From IMG/VR virus record IMGVR_UViG_3300030110_002592, positions 1-63,204 of that record: a stretch of 63,204 nt of DNA; one strand, 5' to 3'. Positions 47,177 through 55,937 of the stretch are shown here, piece by piece. The translations under genes and the position numbers were made by a program. Under the pieces are notes generated by a model. It saw nothing but the letters and a program-made list of their open reading frames with translations, was not told the origin of the DNA and ran no database searches. Source of the DNA: a virus. Lineage: Duplodnaviria; Caudoviricetes. How positions within the stretch are numbered: the first letter of the stretch is position 1; each line of letters begins with the position of its first letter.

Positions 47177-47356
47177 TTATTTGGCTTTATTTCTAATAGT
47201 TGACATTGATTGTGCCAAGACTTGGCCTTCAGCAATCATGCTAATCTTCTTAGCTCGCTTCAACTGTTTTTTCATGTTTGCCAATTTTGTGATGCCCATC
47301 TCAGGGTCAGGCCGGCGGTTGATCTCCCGACCTTTGTACATATCTAATCCGTCCAT
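47177..47356 (-). CDS. 59-aa protein not in the ORF track; first gene of the minus-strand arm
   Basis: Manual translation MDGLDMYKGREINRRPDPEMGITKLANMKK...; followed by a terminator. Confidence 0.65.
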   Translation of the reverse strand: MDGLDMYKGREINRRPDPEMGITKLANMKKQLKRAKKISMIAEGQVLAQSMSTIRNKAK

Positions 47357-47861
47357 GATTTCAATTTTTAGTAAAGATACAAAATTTATTAGATGTGTGT
47401 AGATGTTGGGTTCCCCGAAAAAATTGTGCCGCAGTTTTAAAAAAAAAAATGATTTTATTTTGACCCTCCCCCCAAAAAAAATCTTGGTGCTTGCTGAATT
47501 TTTTTAGCTTTTTTCTAGCGTCTAGTATAGTGTACAGCGCGCGCCATTTTACGCAGGCCTGCAAGGCCCGAGCTTTGGCCCGTTCACCCTTCACTCCTTC
47601 ACCCTTCACCAACAAAAGGAGCAAAGGAGTACAGCAAAAGAAAGTAAACAAGTAATACTCTTTAAGATGTTTAAAGGGATTACTTAACCCCATCACCAAC
47701 CTAGACAAGCGTAAACATTTTAATAATATTAGGGATCTATAAACGTTTTATAATCAGAGTATAAACATATCGCCGGTAAAAGATAAATACACGCGCTATA
47801 AAAACTAGATATAAAGCTGTATATTTAAACTTTAATTAATCATTATTTAAACTTTACAACT

Positions 47862-48215
47862 ATGGTACACAGTACAAGCGAAATTAAAAATGAAGCAAAA
47901 ATGCACAAAAACAATACGCATTTTGCTATACACAAGACAACTAATTCAATCGCGTTCACTTGGAATTATAAAGGATACGACAACGGCGAATTGAGCGAAT
48001 TCAAACAAGATTATTTTTATACTGACATTGAAGACAATTTTCCGCAGGAAACAATAGTTAATTCAAACGGTAAAAAAGTAAAGCTGTACAGCTACAAAAA
48101 AGACTTTAAAATAGTTACGCGCAAAAATCTAGAGCGCGCCGGTATAGATTTGAATAACTACAAATCATTTTCCACTTCTTTCTTCACTCAGGAGCAAATT
48201 AAAAACCAATATTAA
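47862..48215 (+). CDS. Early hypothetical protein
   Basis: First plus-strand ORF; ACAACT-ATG leader. Confidence 0.7.
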   Translation: MVHSTSEIKNEAKMHKNNTHFAIHKTTNSIAFTWNYKGYDNGELSEFKQDYFYTDIEDNFPQETIVNSNGKKVKLYSYKKDFKIVTRKNLERAGIDLNNYKSFSTSFFTQEQIKNQY

Positions 48216-48226
48216 AATTCACAGCT

Positions 48227-48391
48227 ATGAAAAAGACCACATTTAAAAAGGCTGTTTTGAATCTATTATTAGGGTTTAGCGTTATTAATTTAACGCTGAC
48301 TCTTTTAATAGGTGAGCAGCTTATGACTTTGGCAAGTGTTTACTTTTTACTCACTTGCTTTTTATTTTTTACACGTTACAAAATGGCTTAA
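48227..48391 (+). CDS. 54-aa two-TM membrane protein not in the ORF track
   Basis: Manual translation MKKTTFKKAVLNLLLGFSVINLTLTLLIGEQLMTLASVYFLLTCFLFFTRYKMA. Confidence 0.6.
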   Translation: MKKTTFKKAVLNLLLGFSVINLTLTLLIGEQLMTLASVYFLLTCFLFFTRYKMA

Positions 48392-48393
48392 TT

Positions 48394-48702
48394 ATGATTT
48401 ACTACAATGATTTAAAATTTAAGACAAAAGAGCAATTTATCGCTTATTTTAAAACTGACTTACTTGTCTATCCTGACGGCATTTCCACAGACTACGACCT
48501 GTATAAATACGCGCTTACAAATGAATATATAACCGTAATTGAACGCGCTCCCAAATGTGTAGGACAGGGTGAAATGATGGCTTTACAGTCATACGGCAAA
48601 TTAATTGCCGGTGATTGGGTTATTGATATGGACTACGGCGTTTTATATTGGAGTGGTCAGGAGTGGACACAAAAAAATAATATATCAATTTTACCACATT
48701 AA
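48394..48702 (+). CDS. Early hypothetical protein
   Basis: In-frame ATG at 48394 preferred over the 48355 start. Confidence 0.6.
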   Translation: MIYYNDLKFKTKEQFIAYFKTDLLVYPDGISTDYDLYKYALTNEYITVIERAPKCVGQGEMMALQSYGKLIAGDWVIDMDYGVLYWSGQEWTQKNNISILPH

Positions 48703-48713
48703 AAAAAAGAGTT

Positions 48714-49565
48714 ATGATAGACTTAAAAGAACTTCAAAAAAACAACACGGTAAAAACAAAAGAGCTTCCCGTGTTTCTAGAAAATTCAATTCAGGGATCT
48801 AAAATAAAGAAATTGCCGCGCGTAGTGTTTAAACACGGCGCGAACGTTCTAGTATTTAGATACGGGACAACGGCAAATGATAAGATTTGCGCTGACAAAA
48901 AAAAGAAAATAGTTCAGACGTACACGTTCAGCCGGTCGCAATTCGATTATATTTTAAACATTTTAAAAACCGGCGGCAAAGCGAACGCCAAAGACTTTTT
49001 TAGTATAGCGGACACAAATTGCCTAGACTGTGTTTTTAATTCATACGGTTTATGCTATACGCACAAATACACACAGTACAGCGGGTTTATATCCATGTTA
49101 AAAAGTATTTGCAAGGGCTTTGACAGCTTTGAAAGTTTACCATCTTTAAATGATGAAATTAAAAAACAGCTATTCAATCAGGCTTTTAATACCTACGTGC
49201 GCTTTGGCACATACGGCGAACCGTCCGCAATTCCTATTGATTTAGTAGATACTATTTGCTCCATTAGTGAAACGTGGACAGGCTACACGCATCAATGGGT
49301 AAGGCGCACCGAATACGCGCCCTATTTTATGGCTAGTGTACATAATACACATCAAGAAAGTATGGCGCATAAAAAAGGATTCAGGGCGTATATAGCTACA
49401 GAGGACGAAATTGACGGTTTTATCCAATGTCCGGCAAGTAAAGAAGCCGGTTATAAAAGTTCATGCGCCGCGTGTGGTTTATGTTCCGGCGCTCTAGGCG
49501 CTAAGAATATCCGCAAATTAATACAGCGCCGCGACAATACAAGCGTTAAAATATTTGTTCACTAG
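48714..49565 (+). CDS. Cys-rich, possibly Fe-S/radical-SAM-like (GP88-like) protein
   Basis: C.DC......CY, VRFGTYGEP, WTGYTHQW, CPAS....SC..CGLC. Confidence 0.5.
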   Translation: MIDLKELQKNNTVKTKELPVFLENSIQGSKIKKLPRVVFKHGANVLVFRYGTTANDKICADKKKKIVQTYTFSRSQFDYILNILKTGGKANAKDFFSIADTNCLDCVFNSYGLCYTHKYTQYSGFISMLKSICKGFDSFESLPSLNDEIKKQLFNQAFNTYVRFGTYGEPSAIPIDLVDTICSISETWTGYTHQWVRRTEYAPYFMASVHNTHQESMAHKKGFRAYIATEDEIDGFIQCPASKEAGYKSSCAACGLCSGALGAKNIRKLIQRRDNTSVKIFVH

Positions 49566-49584
49566 TTCGATTAATTACCAATTC

Positions 49585-49620
49585 AAAGCCCGTTCTGATT
49601 CATTTCAGACGGGCTTTTTT
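49585..49620 (+). terminator. Rho-independent terminator
   Basis: AAAGCCCGT...ACGGGCTTTTTT. Confidence 0.8.
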
Positions 49621-49641
49621 AGGTAAGTACATTATTTATTC

Positions 49642-50067
49642 ATGCATAAAAAAAGAAGCATTATGAAGGCTAAAATTATTAAAATGATTATCAACACAGC
49701 GCACAAAATAGACCTTAAAAACGGCAATTTGCGCACCTATGACTATGAAACAGCTCCGTATTGTGGGCATCATTACAACGGTGCCACCGGCAAGTATTAC
49801 TTTTCAGATTATTTTGAAGGATACGGCGCCGAGTGGGCTAATTTTTACGGGTTTATATTTATATATGCCAATGAAGACAAGGAGTATATATGTCGGTACA
49901 AATTTCCTTATAAGCTAGAATTACGGCTGTTTTGGAACGGCGATAAAATCCTCAGTTGTTCAATTTTTGACTTAAAAAGGGTCGGCAATTTCATTAAAAT
50001 ATGGTGGCTGTTGTTCAGGATAAAACGGCAAGCCTTACAAATAAATTTGAAAATTGACAAACTTTAA
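49642..50067 (+). CDS. Hypothetical protein
   Basis: ORF only. Confidence 0.55.
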   Translation: MHKKRSIMKAKIIKMIINTAHKIDLKNGNLRTYDYETAPYCGHHYNGATGKYYFSDYFEGYGAEWANFYGFIFIYANEDKEYICRYKFPYKLELRLFWNGDKILSCSIFDLKRVGNFIKIWWLLFRIKRQALQINLKIDKL

Positions 50068-50109
50068 TTAATTTTACATTTTATGAACATTAATTAAACA
50101 TACTAAACT

Positions 50110-50544
50110 ATGGAGTTAAAACTGAGCAAAAAAGAAAGTGAAGAGTATTTTTACAATGCCCTTTGCAACGGCTTAGATTGGTTGTGCGGCATGAATGACT
50201 TAAGCATTCATTACAGTAAGGCGCACTACAAGCAAGCTAGAGAAAAGTTAGCACAGAAATTACAAGACGGTCACGGCGAAGGTCAATGGGCTATCTGCTT
50301 TGAAGATGTGCTAATGCAGATACTAAGGGACGGCAATCCTTTAACGATTATTGACCTAGAGGCAAGTGTTGAGGGTGAGAAGCCTTCAGGTTACACGCGC
50401 ACCATCAGAATTAAACACGTACACAAGCGAGTTGGCAAAACTCAGCTAAACCATTTATTGGACATGGTCAACCAACAAGACGATGCCATCACGGCAGACG
50501 TTATTTTACAGCAAGTATTTTTTAAAGAAATAATTTTTGGATAA
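50110..50544 (+). CDS. Hypothetical protein
   Basis: C-terminal DAITADVILQ..FFKEIIFG motif. Confidence 0.7.
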   Translation: MELKLSKKESEEYFYNALCNGLDWLCGMNDLSIHYSKAHYKQAREKLAQKLQDGHGEGQWAICFEDVLMQILRDGNPLTIIDLEASVEGEKPSGYTRTIRIKHVHKRVGKTQLNHLLDMVNQQDDAITADVILQQVFFKEIIFG

Positions 50545-51260
50545 TGAAACTAACTACAGACAACAAGGCTATGATTAAGAGATATCTTAACTCATTTGCA
50601 AATACCCACAACCTTGACTACAACTCAGACAAGGGGGAGTTTTTAAACAAGTATCACATCGATGCTTTAATTAAGGGACTAGAGGACGCCTCTCTTCTTC
50701 ATATCGGTAATACTAATCCTTTAGATATGAAAAAGTACATTGTAATTGACACATGGAACGGTGAAGGTTATTCATCTGACAATGGTACAGATACCAAACA
50801 GTTTGATTGCAAAGAAGAGGCATTCAAATGGGCATATGAAAGGGCATTATCAAATACTGCTCCCATAGATACGAAAAAGTACCCTGAACAGGTAGGTCAA
50901 TACAGCGATTCTAATTGGTTTAAAGGCGAGCCTAAAAGCAACGGCGATGGCTATTGGTTTGAAGGTTACGATGACAATCACGGTAGTTATCAAGTTTGGG
51001 AAACAGACAATGTGTATGCAATTATGATACAATGCAATGTTAATGAGGTGACAGTACTCACGAAAGAGGAGTACGTGGAACAGATACAAACTCTAGATGA
51101 AGACATCAAGACCCATATTAAAGAGAACAAAGATAATCCCTATGCCATCACTAACATGGAAGAGTTAGTTAGTATAGAGTCCAATGGTGACCGTTTCTGC
51201 CATCAGTTCGATGACTACGATTATCAGTTCAGGTTGATTCAAAATTTAAACAAACAGTAA
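50544..51260 (+). CDS. Hypothetical protein
   Basis: ORF coupled by TAATG overlaps at both ends. Confidence 0.7.
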   Translation: MKLTTDNKAMIKRYLNSFANTHNLDYNSDKGEFLNKYHIDALIKGLEDASLLHIGNTNPLDMKKYIVIDTWNGEGYSSDNGTDTKQFDCKEEAFKWAYERALSNTAPIDTKKYPEQVGQYSDSNWFKGEPKSNGDGYWFEGYDDNHGSYQVWETDNVYAIMIQCNVNEVTVLTKEEYVEQIQTLDEDIKTHIKENKDNPYAITNMEELVSIESNGDRFCHQFDDYDYQFRLIQNLNKQ

Positions 51261-51394
51261 TGAATATGTACAAGATAAAAGGAACTAATAAAATGGTAGC
51301 GGCTCAGAGCCGCTATCATGCGTTGGCAGAGTTTAAAAAGAGTGGACTAAGCGTTACACTCTCTGATGTCATAAAAGTTATTTACCGGCGTTAA
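51260..51394 (+). CDS. 44-aa hypothetical protein not in the ORF track
   Basis: Manual translation MNMYKIKGTNKMVAAQSRYHAL...; TAATG coupling. Confidence 0.5.
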   Translation: MNMYKIKGTNKMVAAQSRYHALAEFKKSGLSVTLSDVIKVIYRR

Positions 51395-51414
51395 AAACAC
51401 TTGTCTTGATCCGA

Positions 51415-51453
51415 ACAGCCCGTAGCCATTTGGCACGGGCTTTTTGGGTGCTA
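51415..51453 (+). terminator. Repeated terminator element, copy 1
   Basis: ACAGCCCGTAGCCATTTGGCACGGGCTTTTTGGGTGCTA. Confidence 0.75.
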
Positions 51454-51490
51454 GGCGAGATTGCTTGGCGGCTTTTAAACAACTAAAATT

Positions 51491-51670
51491 ATGGCACTTT
51501 TAATAGAAAAATTAGAACATGAAATGCTAACAGATGATGAACGCATGGACAAGAAATCAGCACGCCTGAAGAGGACATATGAAACGGCATCTGATAAAGA
51601 AAAAAAGCTTATAGATGATATTTTTATAACCATCTGCGGCTACAGTTTACAAACACTTATAAACAAATAG
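51491..51670 (+). CDS. 59-aa hypothetical protein not in the ORF track
   Basis: Manual translation MALLIEKLEHEML...IDDIFITICGYSLQTLINK. Confidence 0.6.
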   Translation: MALLIEKLEHEMLTDDERMDKKSARLKRTYETASDKEKKLIDDIFITICGYSLQTLINK

Positions 51671-51672
51671 AT

Positions 51673-51975
51673 ATGGAATCGAATAAAATTATAGCAGAAT
51701 TTATGGGTGCAGTAGGCACACCTAAATACAATCCTACAGAGTGGGATATATACATAACGGGGTGCTTAGATGTGGACTCAGATAATGAAAACGCAAAACA
51801 CTTTTATACACCTGAAGAAATGCAGTACCACACCTCTTGGGATTGGTTAAAGCCTGTGTTGGACAAGGTTTGGAGCATGGAGGGCGGCGCCCGTGCAGTA
51901 TGTGTAGATTGGTCAGACTCTCATGAAGAAGTATATAATTCAATATTAGATTTTATTAAAGACTTAAACAAGTAG
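51673..51975 (+). CDS. Hypothetical protein, paralogue 1 (NK.IAEFMG...SWDWL.PV)
   Basis: Shares N- and C-terminal motifs with the next gene. Confidence 0.7.
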   Translation: MESNKIIAEFMGAVGTPKYNPTEWDIYITGCLDVDSDNENAKHFYTPEEMQYHTSWDWLKPVLDKVWSMEGGARAVCVDWSDSHEEVYNSILDFIKDLNK

Positions 51976-51977
51976 AT

Positions 51978-52319
51978 ATGGAAAAGGAAAACAAATTAAT
52001 AGCAGAATTTATGGGTATGCAAAAGACCGATTTAGGTTGGTACGATTCAGAAGCATCTATGAGCGAATACGCCTATTCAATGGAGGGCGGTAATACTTTT
52101 GAAGAATTGCACTACGATAGGTCATGGGATTGGTTAATGCCGGTAGTGGAAAAGATTGATGAAGTATCAAATGATAATACTCTATTTAAAATAGAACACA
52201 ATCGTGCTTTTATAGAAGATACAGAAAACTATCATGTCTTAATTGATGTAATGGCAAACTCAAGACTTGACGCTACTTACCAAGCAGTAGTAGAATTTAT
52301 TAAAAACTTAAATAAGTAA
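51978..52319 (+). CDS. Hypothetical protein, paralogue 2
   Basis: NKLIAEFMG...SWDWLMPVVEKI...YQAVVEFIK. Confidence 0.7.
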   Translation: MEKENKLIAEFMGMQKTDLGWYDSEASMSEYAYSMEGGNTFEELHYDRSWDWLMPVVEKIDEVSNDNTLFKIEHNRAFIEDTENYHVLIDVMANSRLDATYQAVVEFIKNLNK

Positions 52320-52321
52320 AC

Positions 52322-52969
52322 ATGGACTATTCAGCAAAAATACAATGGCTAGACAACGGCAAGATTGAAGATGTGGTAATAACCACAGATGAACAACATA
52401 AAGATTATGATAACATTTTCTTTTATTTTCACTCAGTACATGAGATAAGAGAGTATATGGTTTCAGATAAAAATGAGTTTAAAATATTGCAATATTCTGT
52501 GATTTTTGAACCCGTTAAAGTTAACATTTCCACTCAAGTAACCAATTTAGAACAATGGACTTTAAGCTTGAATGAAACTAAATCATTTTGTGACTACCTA
52601 CGCGGCGCCGAGCCTTCATTACGTGACAAATCGGATTTAGAGATATTAAGAATAATAGAAGCCAATACCTATAAATATAACGACCTGATGCGTTCGTGGT
52701 TGTATGACAACTTAGAAGAGCCATTGGAGCAGTTAGTAGGCGAGAAAGGGGCTTGCGTATCTTTTAAAGACAGGGATTTTAAAAAAAGCCTTTATGTTGA
52801 TGAAGGTCATATGCATGGCATTAAATATTATACAGAGTCCGAAGCGATTAGCGTTATAAGGGATATCATTAAAGAAGACAAAGACATTCGCGTTGGTGCT
52901 GAAGATAAACTAAGTGATGACCAAATCCTTGATTTAGGCGCAAAGTGGTATTCAATTCATAAAGAATAA
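52322..52969 (+). CDS. Hypothetical protein
   Basis: ORF followed by a terminator. Confidence 0.65.
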   Translation: MDYSAKIQWLDNGKIEDVVITTDEQHKDYDNIFFYFHSVHEIREYMVSDKNEFKILQYSVIFEPVKVNISTQVTNLEQWTLSLNETKSFCDYLRGAEPSLRDKSDLEILRIIEANTYKYNDLMRSWLYDNLEEPLEQLVGEKGACVSFKDRDFKKSLYVDEGHMHGIKYYTESEAISVIRDIIKEDKDIRVGAEDKLSDDQILDLGAKWYSIHKE

Positions 52970-52985
52970 ACTAATCCGTCTTCAG

Positions 52986-53025
52986 ACAGCCCGTAGCCGC
53001 TTGGCACGGGCTTTTTTAGGTGCTA
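52986..53025 (+). terminator. Repeated terminator element, copy 2
   Basis: ACAGCCCGTAGCCGCTTGGCACGGGCTTTTTTAGGTGCTA. Confidence 0.75.
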
Positions 53026-53158
53026 TGAAGAAGGTAAATGATATAAAGCAAAGGATGCGCTCAGAGTTCGTGAAACTGTGGCACAAAAGGAGTGTACATA
53101 AGAATAAAACCAAATATACTCGCAAAAATAAACACAAAAAGAAATATTATATTTAAAG

Positions 53159-53350
53159 ATGCTGTACGGAAAAATATATAAAGTAACTAGGCTTGATGAA
53201 TTCGCCCATGACATAATGGACTTGGGATTGACGAAAAAAGAAGCCGTAAAGAAAGTAAAGGAATATAAAAAGCTAGACCCTGACGGCGGCTATGGTATTG
53301 AGCCTATGAAGGCTTATGAGATATTATCACACTTAAAAACAAACAAATGA
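53159..53350 (+). CDS. Hypothetical protein
   Basis: ORF; ATGA overlap with the next gene. Confidence 0.55.
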   Translation: MLYGKIYKVTRLDEFAHDIMDLGLTKKEAVKKVKEYKKLDPDGGYGIEPMKAYEILSHLKTNK

Positions 53351-53562
53351 CTACTAAAACTTTAAAGACAGAAATTATAGACTACCTAAAGGCTTTGGAT
53401 GTAAAGCCGGATGACAAAATTGGTGGCAACTCATGCGTAGGAGATTTACTAATTTCAATGCCATATATGCAAAACGATGATCTAAGTCACGTTAGAGATA
53501 TACTTGCAGAAACGTATATCAAATACCACATGACAAAATATTTATTGGAATCTTACAATTAG
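53347..53562 (+). CDS. Hypothetical protein
   Basis: ORF only. Confidence 0.55.
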   Translation: MTTKTLKTEIIDYLKALDVKPDDKIGGNSCVGDLLISMPYMQNDDLSHVRDILAETYIKYHMTKYLLESYN

Positions 53563-53567
53563 GAATT

Positions 53568-53720
53568 ATGGTAAAGAAAGGAATAGCTTACAAAGACATA
53601 AACGGCGAATACACCACCACTTTCAGGGTGTTTAAAAGTGAAGAAGATTTTAGTAATTGGTACGACAATATGAGCAAAAGCGGGTTTAAAATTATCTCAA
53701 TTATCGATTGTAATAATTAA
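53568..53720 (+). CDS. 50-aa hypothetical protein not in the ORF track
   Basis: Manual translation MVKKGIAYKDINGEYTTTFRVFKSEEDFSNWYD... Confidence 0.55.
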   Translation: MVKKGIAYKDINGEYTTTFRVFKSEEDFSNWYDNMSKSGFKIISIIDCNN

Positions 53721-53760
53721 ACATTATTTTGTATTTTTGTCAACAAACAACTAACTAATT

Positions 53761-54111
53761 ATGATTACTAAAAACGACATATCATTAAACCCTAAAAGAT
53801 TTATTCAAAAGCTTGAGGCCATTGAATGGAGGAAAGTTGATAACGGGACTTTAATTGATGAAGAGGGTTTATGGTCTATGCGCCCTTCAACAAAATATCA
53901 GCGTAGCCATGTCAACAACAAGTATTACATTCAGCTTTTGTTACACATAATGTACAAGGGCGAAATAGTAATGACATGGGGATGCTTAAAAGAAGACCAA
54001 TCTGACTTGTTAGGGTGGTATATGCGTACCAAACAGAAAATCCAAGACATGAACTACTCCGCCAAAACAATAGCATACAACGATGGTAAAAGATTGTGGG
54101 ACAGCATTTAG
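53761..54111 (+). CDS. Hypothetical protein
   Basis: ORF; TATTTTTG box at 53732-53739. Confidence 0.6.
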   Translation: MITKNDISLNPKRFIQKLEAIEWRKVDNGTLIDEEGLWSMRPSTKYQRSHVNNKYYIQLLLHIMYKGEIVMTWGCLKEDQSDLLGWYMRTKQKIQDMNYSAKTIAYNDGKRLWDSI

Positions 54112-54391
54112 TCAGGAAAAATCAGTATATAATTTTGTAGGACAGAAACCACCTCGCCCTCAACAGCTATTGAATCAGGTTGTTTATGACGGGGACTTAC
54201 TTTTATCGGCTGTCGAGAAAATTAAAAACGAAGCGGATGATGTAGTTATAAATACCTCTTCTGCTTGTGTTGAAAAAGATGGCAAAATTATATTTGTGAC
54301 CGCCAAGGAAGAGTGGTCATTTCGCGAATTACTATTCAATTTTATTTTAAATTACATAGAGTGTTTTACAGACATAGGTGGAAAGAAGTAG
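54083..54391 (+). CDS. Hypothetical protein
   Basis: ORF only. Confidence 0.45.
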   Translation: MVKDCGTAFSQEKSVYNFVGQKPPRPQQLLNQVVYDGDLLLSAVEKIKNEADDVVINTSSACVEKDGKIIFVTAKEEWSFRELLFNFILNYIECFTDIGGKK

Positions 54392-54487
54392 AGCTTACTG
54401 CATTAAAAAAGCTTCTTCAGCAAGGGCGCATAAGTGCTTTAGCCTATGGTAGAAGGAAGCGCATCTTAATGAATCAAATCAAGAAAA

Positions 54488-54817
54488 ATGATAATAGAAA
54501 TCTCAAATCCCAAGGGGGAGGCAATAGCGGAAATTAGTATTCCTAATTTCAAAGACGTTCGTTGCATAACTAGACTTAAAAATTTAAAAGAAACGGATCT
54601 AAAGTTAGATCAATTTGGTGATGATGAGGTTGTATGCCTATCCTTGATTGACCCTGATGCGACTTACAAAAGCAAAAGAGAACGGCTGTTGCCCGTAGAA
54701 AATGCCATAAGGTATTTTGAGCATCATAAAGTAATGGCGATGTTAAAGCCGGACGAACAAATTCACATTAATGAATTAATTAAGTACGCTAAAAGTTATT
54801 TAAATGAAGATAAGTGA
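54488..54817 (+). CDS. Hypothetical protein
   Basis: ORF only. Confidence 0.55.
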   Translation: MIIEISNPKGEAIAEISIPNFKDVRCITRLKNLKETDLKLDQFGDDEVVCLSLIDPDATYKSKRERLLPVENAIRYFEHHKVMAMLKPDEQIHINELIKYAKSYLNEDK

Positions 54818-55148
54818 TATAATTTATGATGAAATTTTGGAGGAGAAAATGAGGAAGCAACGCTCCAAACAATACATACAAAAACTACAGCAATACGTAG
54901 GTTTAACCGTTAACCTTGGCGAGGTAATGGAAGAAACTGCTCGACTTATGCATCCTGACAAGTATAAACATTTGTATGGCAAGCAAGCGAAGGAAACGGC
55001 AGAACAAACCAATTTTGTATTGGTTTATATGGGCAATTATAAGATAGATATTCTCAAGTCAGGAGGGTATTATTTTAATGGCCAATTGTATAAAGATTTA
55101 AAAGAAGCACAGTCCACTTTGGTTAAAGTATTTAAACAAAAGTTATAA
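54804..55148 (+). CDS. Hypothetical protein
   Basis: ORF only. Confidence 0.55.
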   Translation: MKISDIIYDEILEEKMRKQRSKQYIQKLQQYVGLTVNLGEVMEETARLMHPDKYKHLYGKQAKETAEQTNFVLVYMGNYKIDILKSGGYYFNGQLYKDLKEAQSTLVKVFKQKL

Positions 55149-55166
55149 TTTTAATGTACATTTTAT

Positions 55167-55174
55167 TAACTTTG
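55167..55174 (+). promoter_or_regulatory. -7 promoter box (TAACTTTG) for the replication/recombination operon
   Basis: TAnnTTTG in the intergenic gap. Confidence 0.55.
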
Positions 55175-55264
55175 TGTTAAGACAAACTAACCTTATGGAT
55201 GACATTATAAAAGAATGCCTCAGTAATATACTGACGGCTTATCCCTCAATAAAAAACAAGCAAA

Positions 55265-55567
55265 ATGAAAAAAGAAGTATTCACGGCTCTGATGGACGTA
55301 GTGGCAAATCGGTTCGATTTATCTCCGTCACAGATGCTAACAAAAACAAAGTCAAGAACAATAGTAGATGCACGACAGATTCTGTGGTGGGTAGCAAAAA
55401 AAAGAAACATTAGAGTGGTAGCACAACAAGAGTATTTAAAAGATATGGGTTTTGATGTGACTCACTCAACGATAATTCATGGCATCAAGCAAGCGCAAAA
55501 GCTTATAGATGCTGATCCTGACTATAAAAAACTAATCAACGATGTTAGAGGAAGCAATGTGGCATAA
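55265..55567 (+). CDS. DnaA C-terminal (domain IV)-like HTH protein
   Basis: K.R.IVDARQI..W.......HSTIIHG. Confidence 0.7.
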   Translation: MKKEVFTALMDVVANRFDLSPSQMLTKTKSRTIVDARQILWWVAKKRNIRVVAQQEYLKDMGFDVTHSTIIHGIKQAQKLIDADPDYKKLINDVRGSNVA

Positions 55568-55925
55568 TGGTACGTTACACGTTTCAGACGGTACTACTAG
55601 TGAGTTTTTTTTAAATGGCATTAAGATGACCTTTGATGGTAATGAGTGCAAAATATACAACACTACCTTTGGAGATTACTATAGAGATATAACCTCTACG
55701 GTGCTTCCACAATTGCAAGAAAAAGGTTGGGTTGTAGGTGTCTATGACATATCATTAGAAAATTATCAACGCAAACTAAAAACTGTTGAAACCTCTATAA
55801 AAGAAGCGTTAAACAATGGTAATAATACCAAAAAACTAAATAGTTTAAAACAGTCTAGGTCAAGACTAATTAAGTCTTATGCAAAGATTGTAAAGAAAAA
55901 AAGAGATTACATTAATAAATTATAA
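55542..55925 (+). CDS. Hypothetical protein
   Basis: ORF only. Confidence 0.6.
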   Translation: MLEEAMWHNGTLHVSDGTTSEFFLNGIKMTFDGNECKIYNTTFGDYYRDITSTVLPQLQEKGWVVGVYDISLENYQRKLKTVETSIKEALNNGNNTKKLNSLKQSRSRLIKSYAKIVKKKRDYINKL

Positions 55926-55937
55926 AACTTAGTAACT

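Noticed and set aside
47361-47708. 115-aa minus-strand ORF
   Set aside because: Runs through homopolymers and short repeats, has a non-ATG start, and looks non-coding
55174-55413. 79-aa ORF overlapping the DnaA-C gene
   Set aside because: Mostly overlaps a better-supported gene and shows no recognisable features
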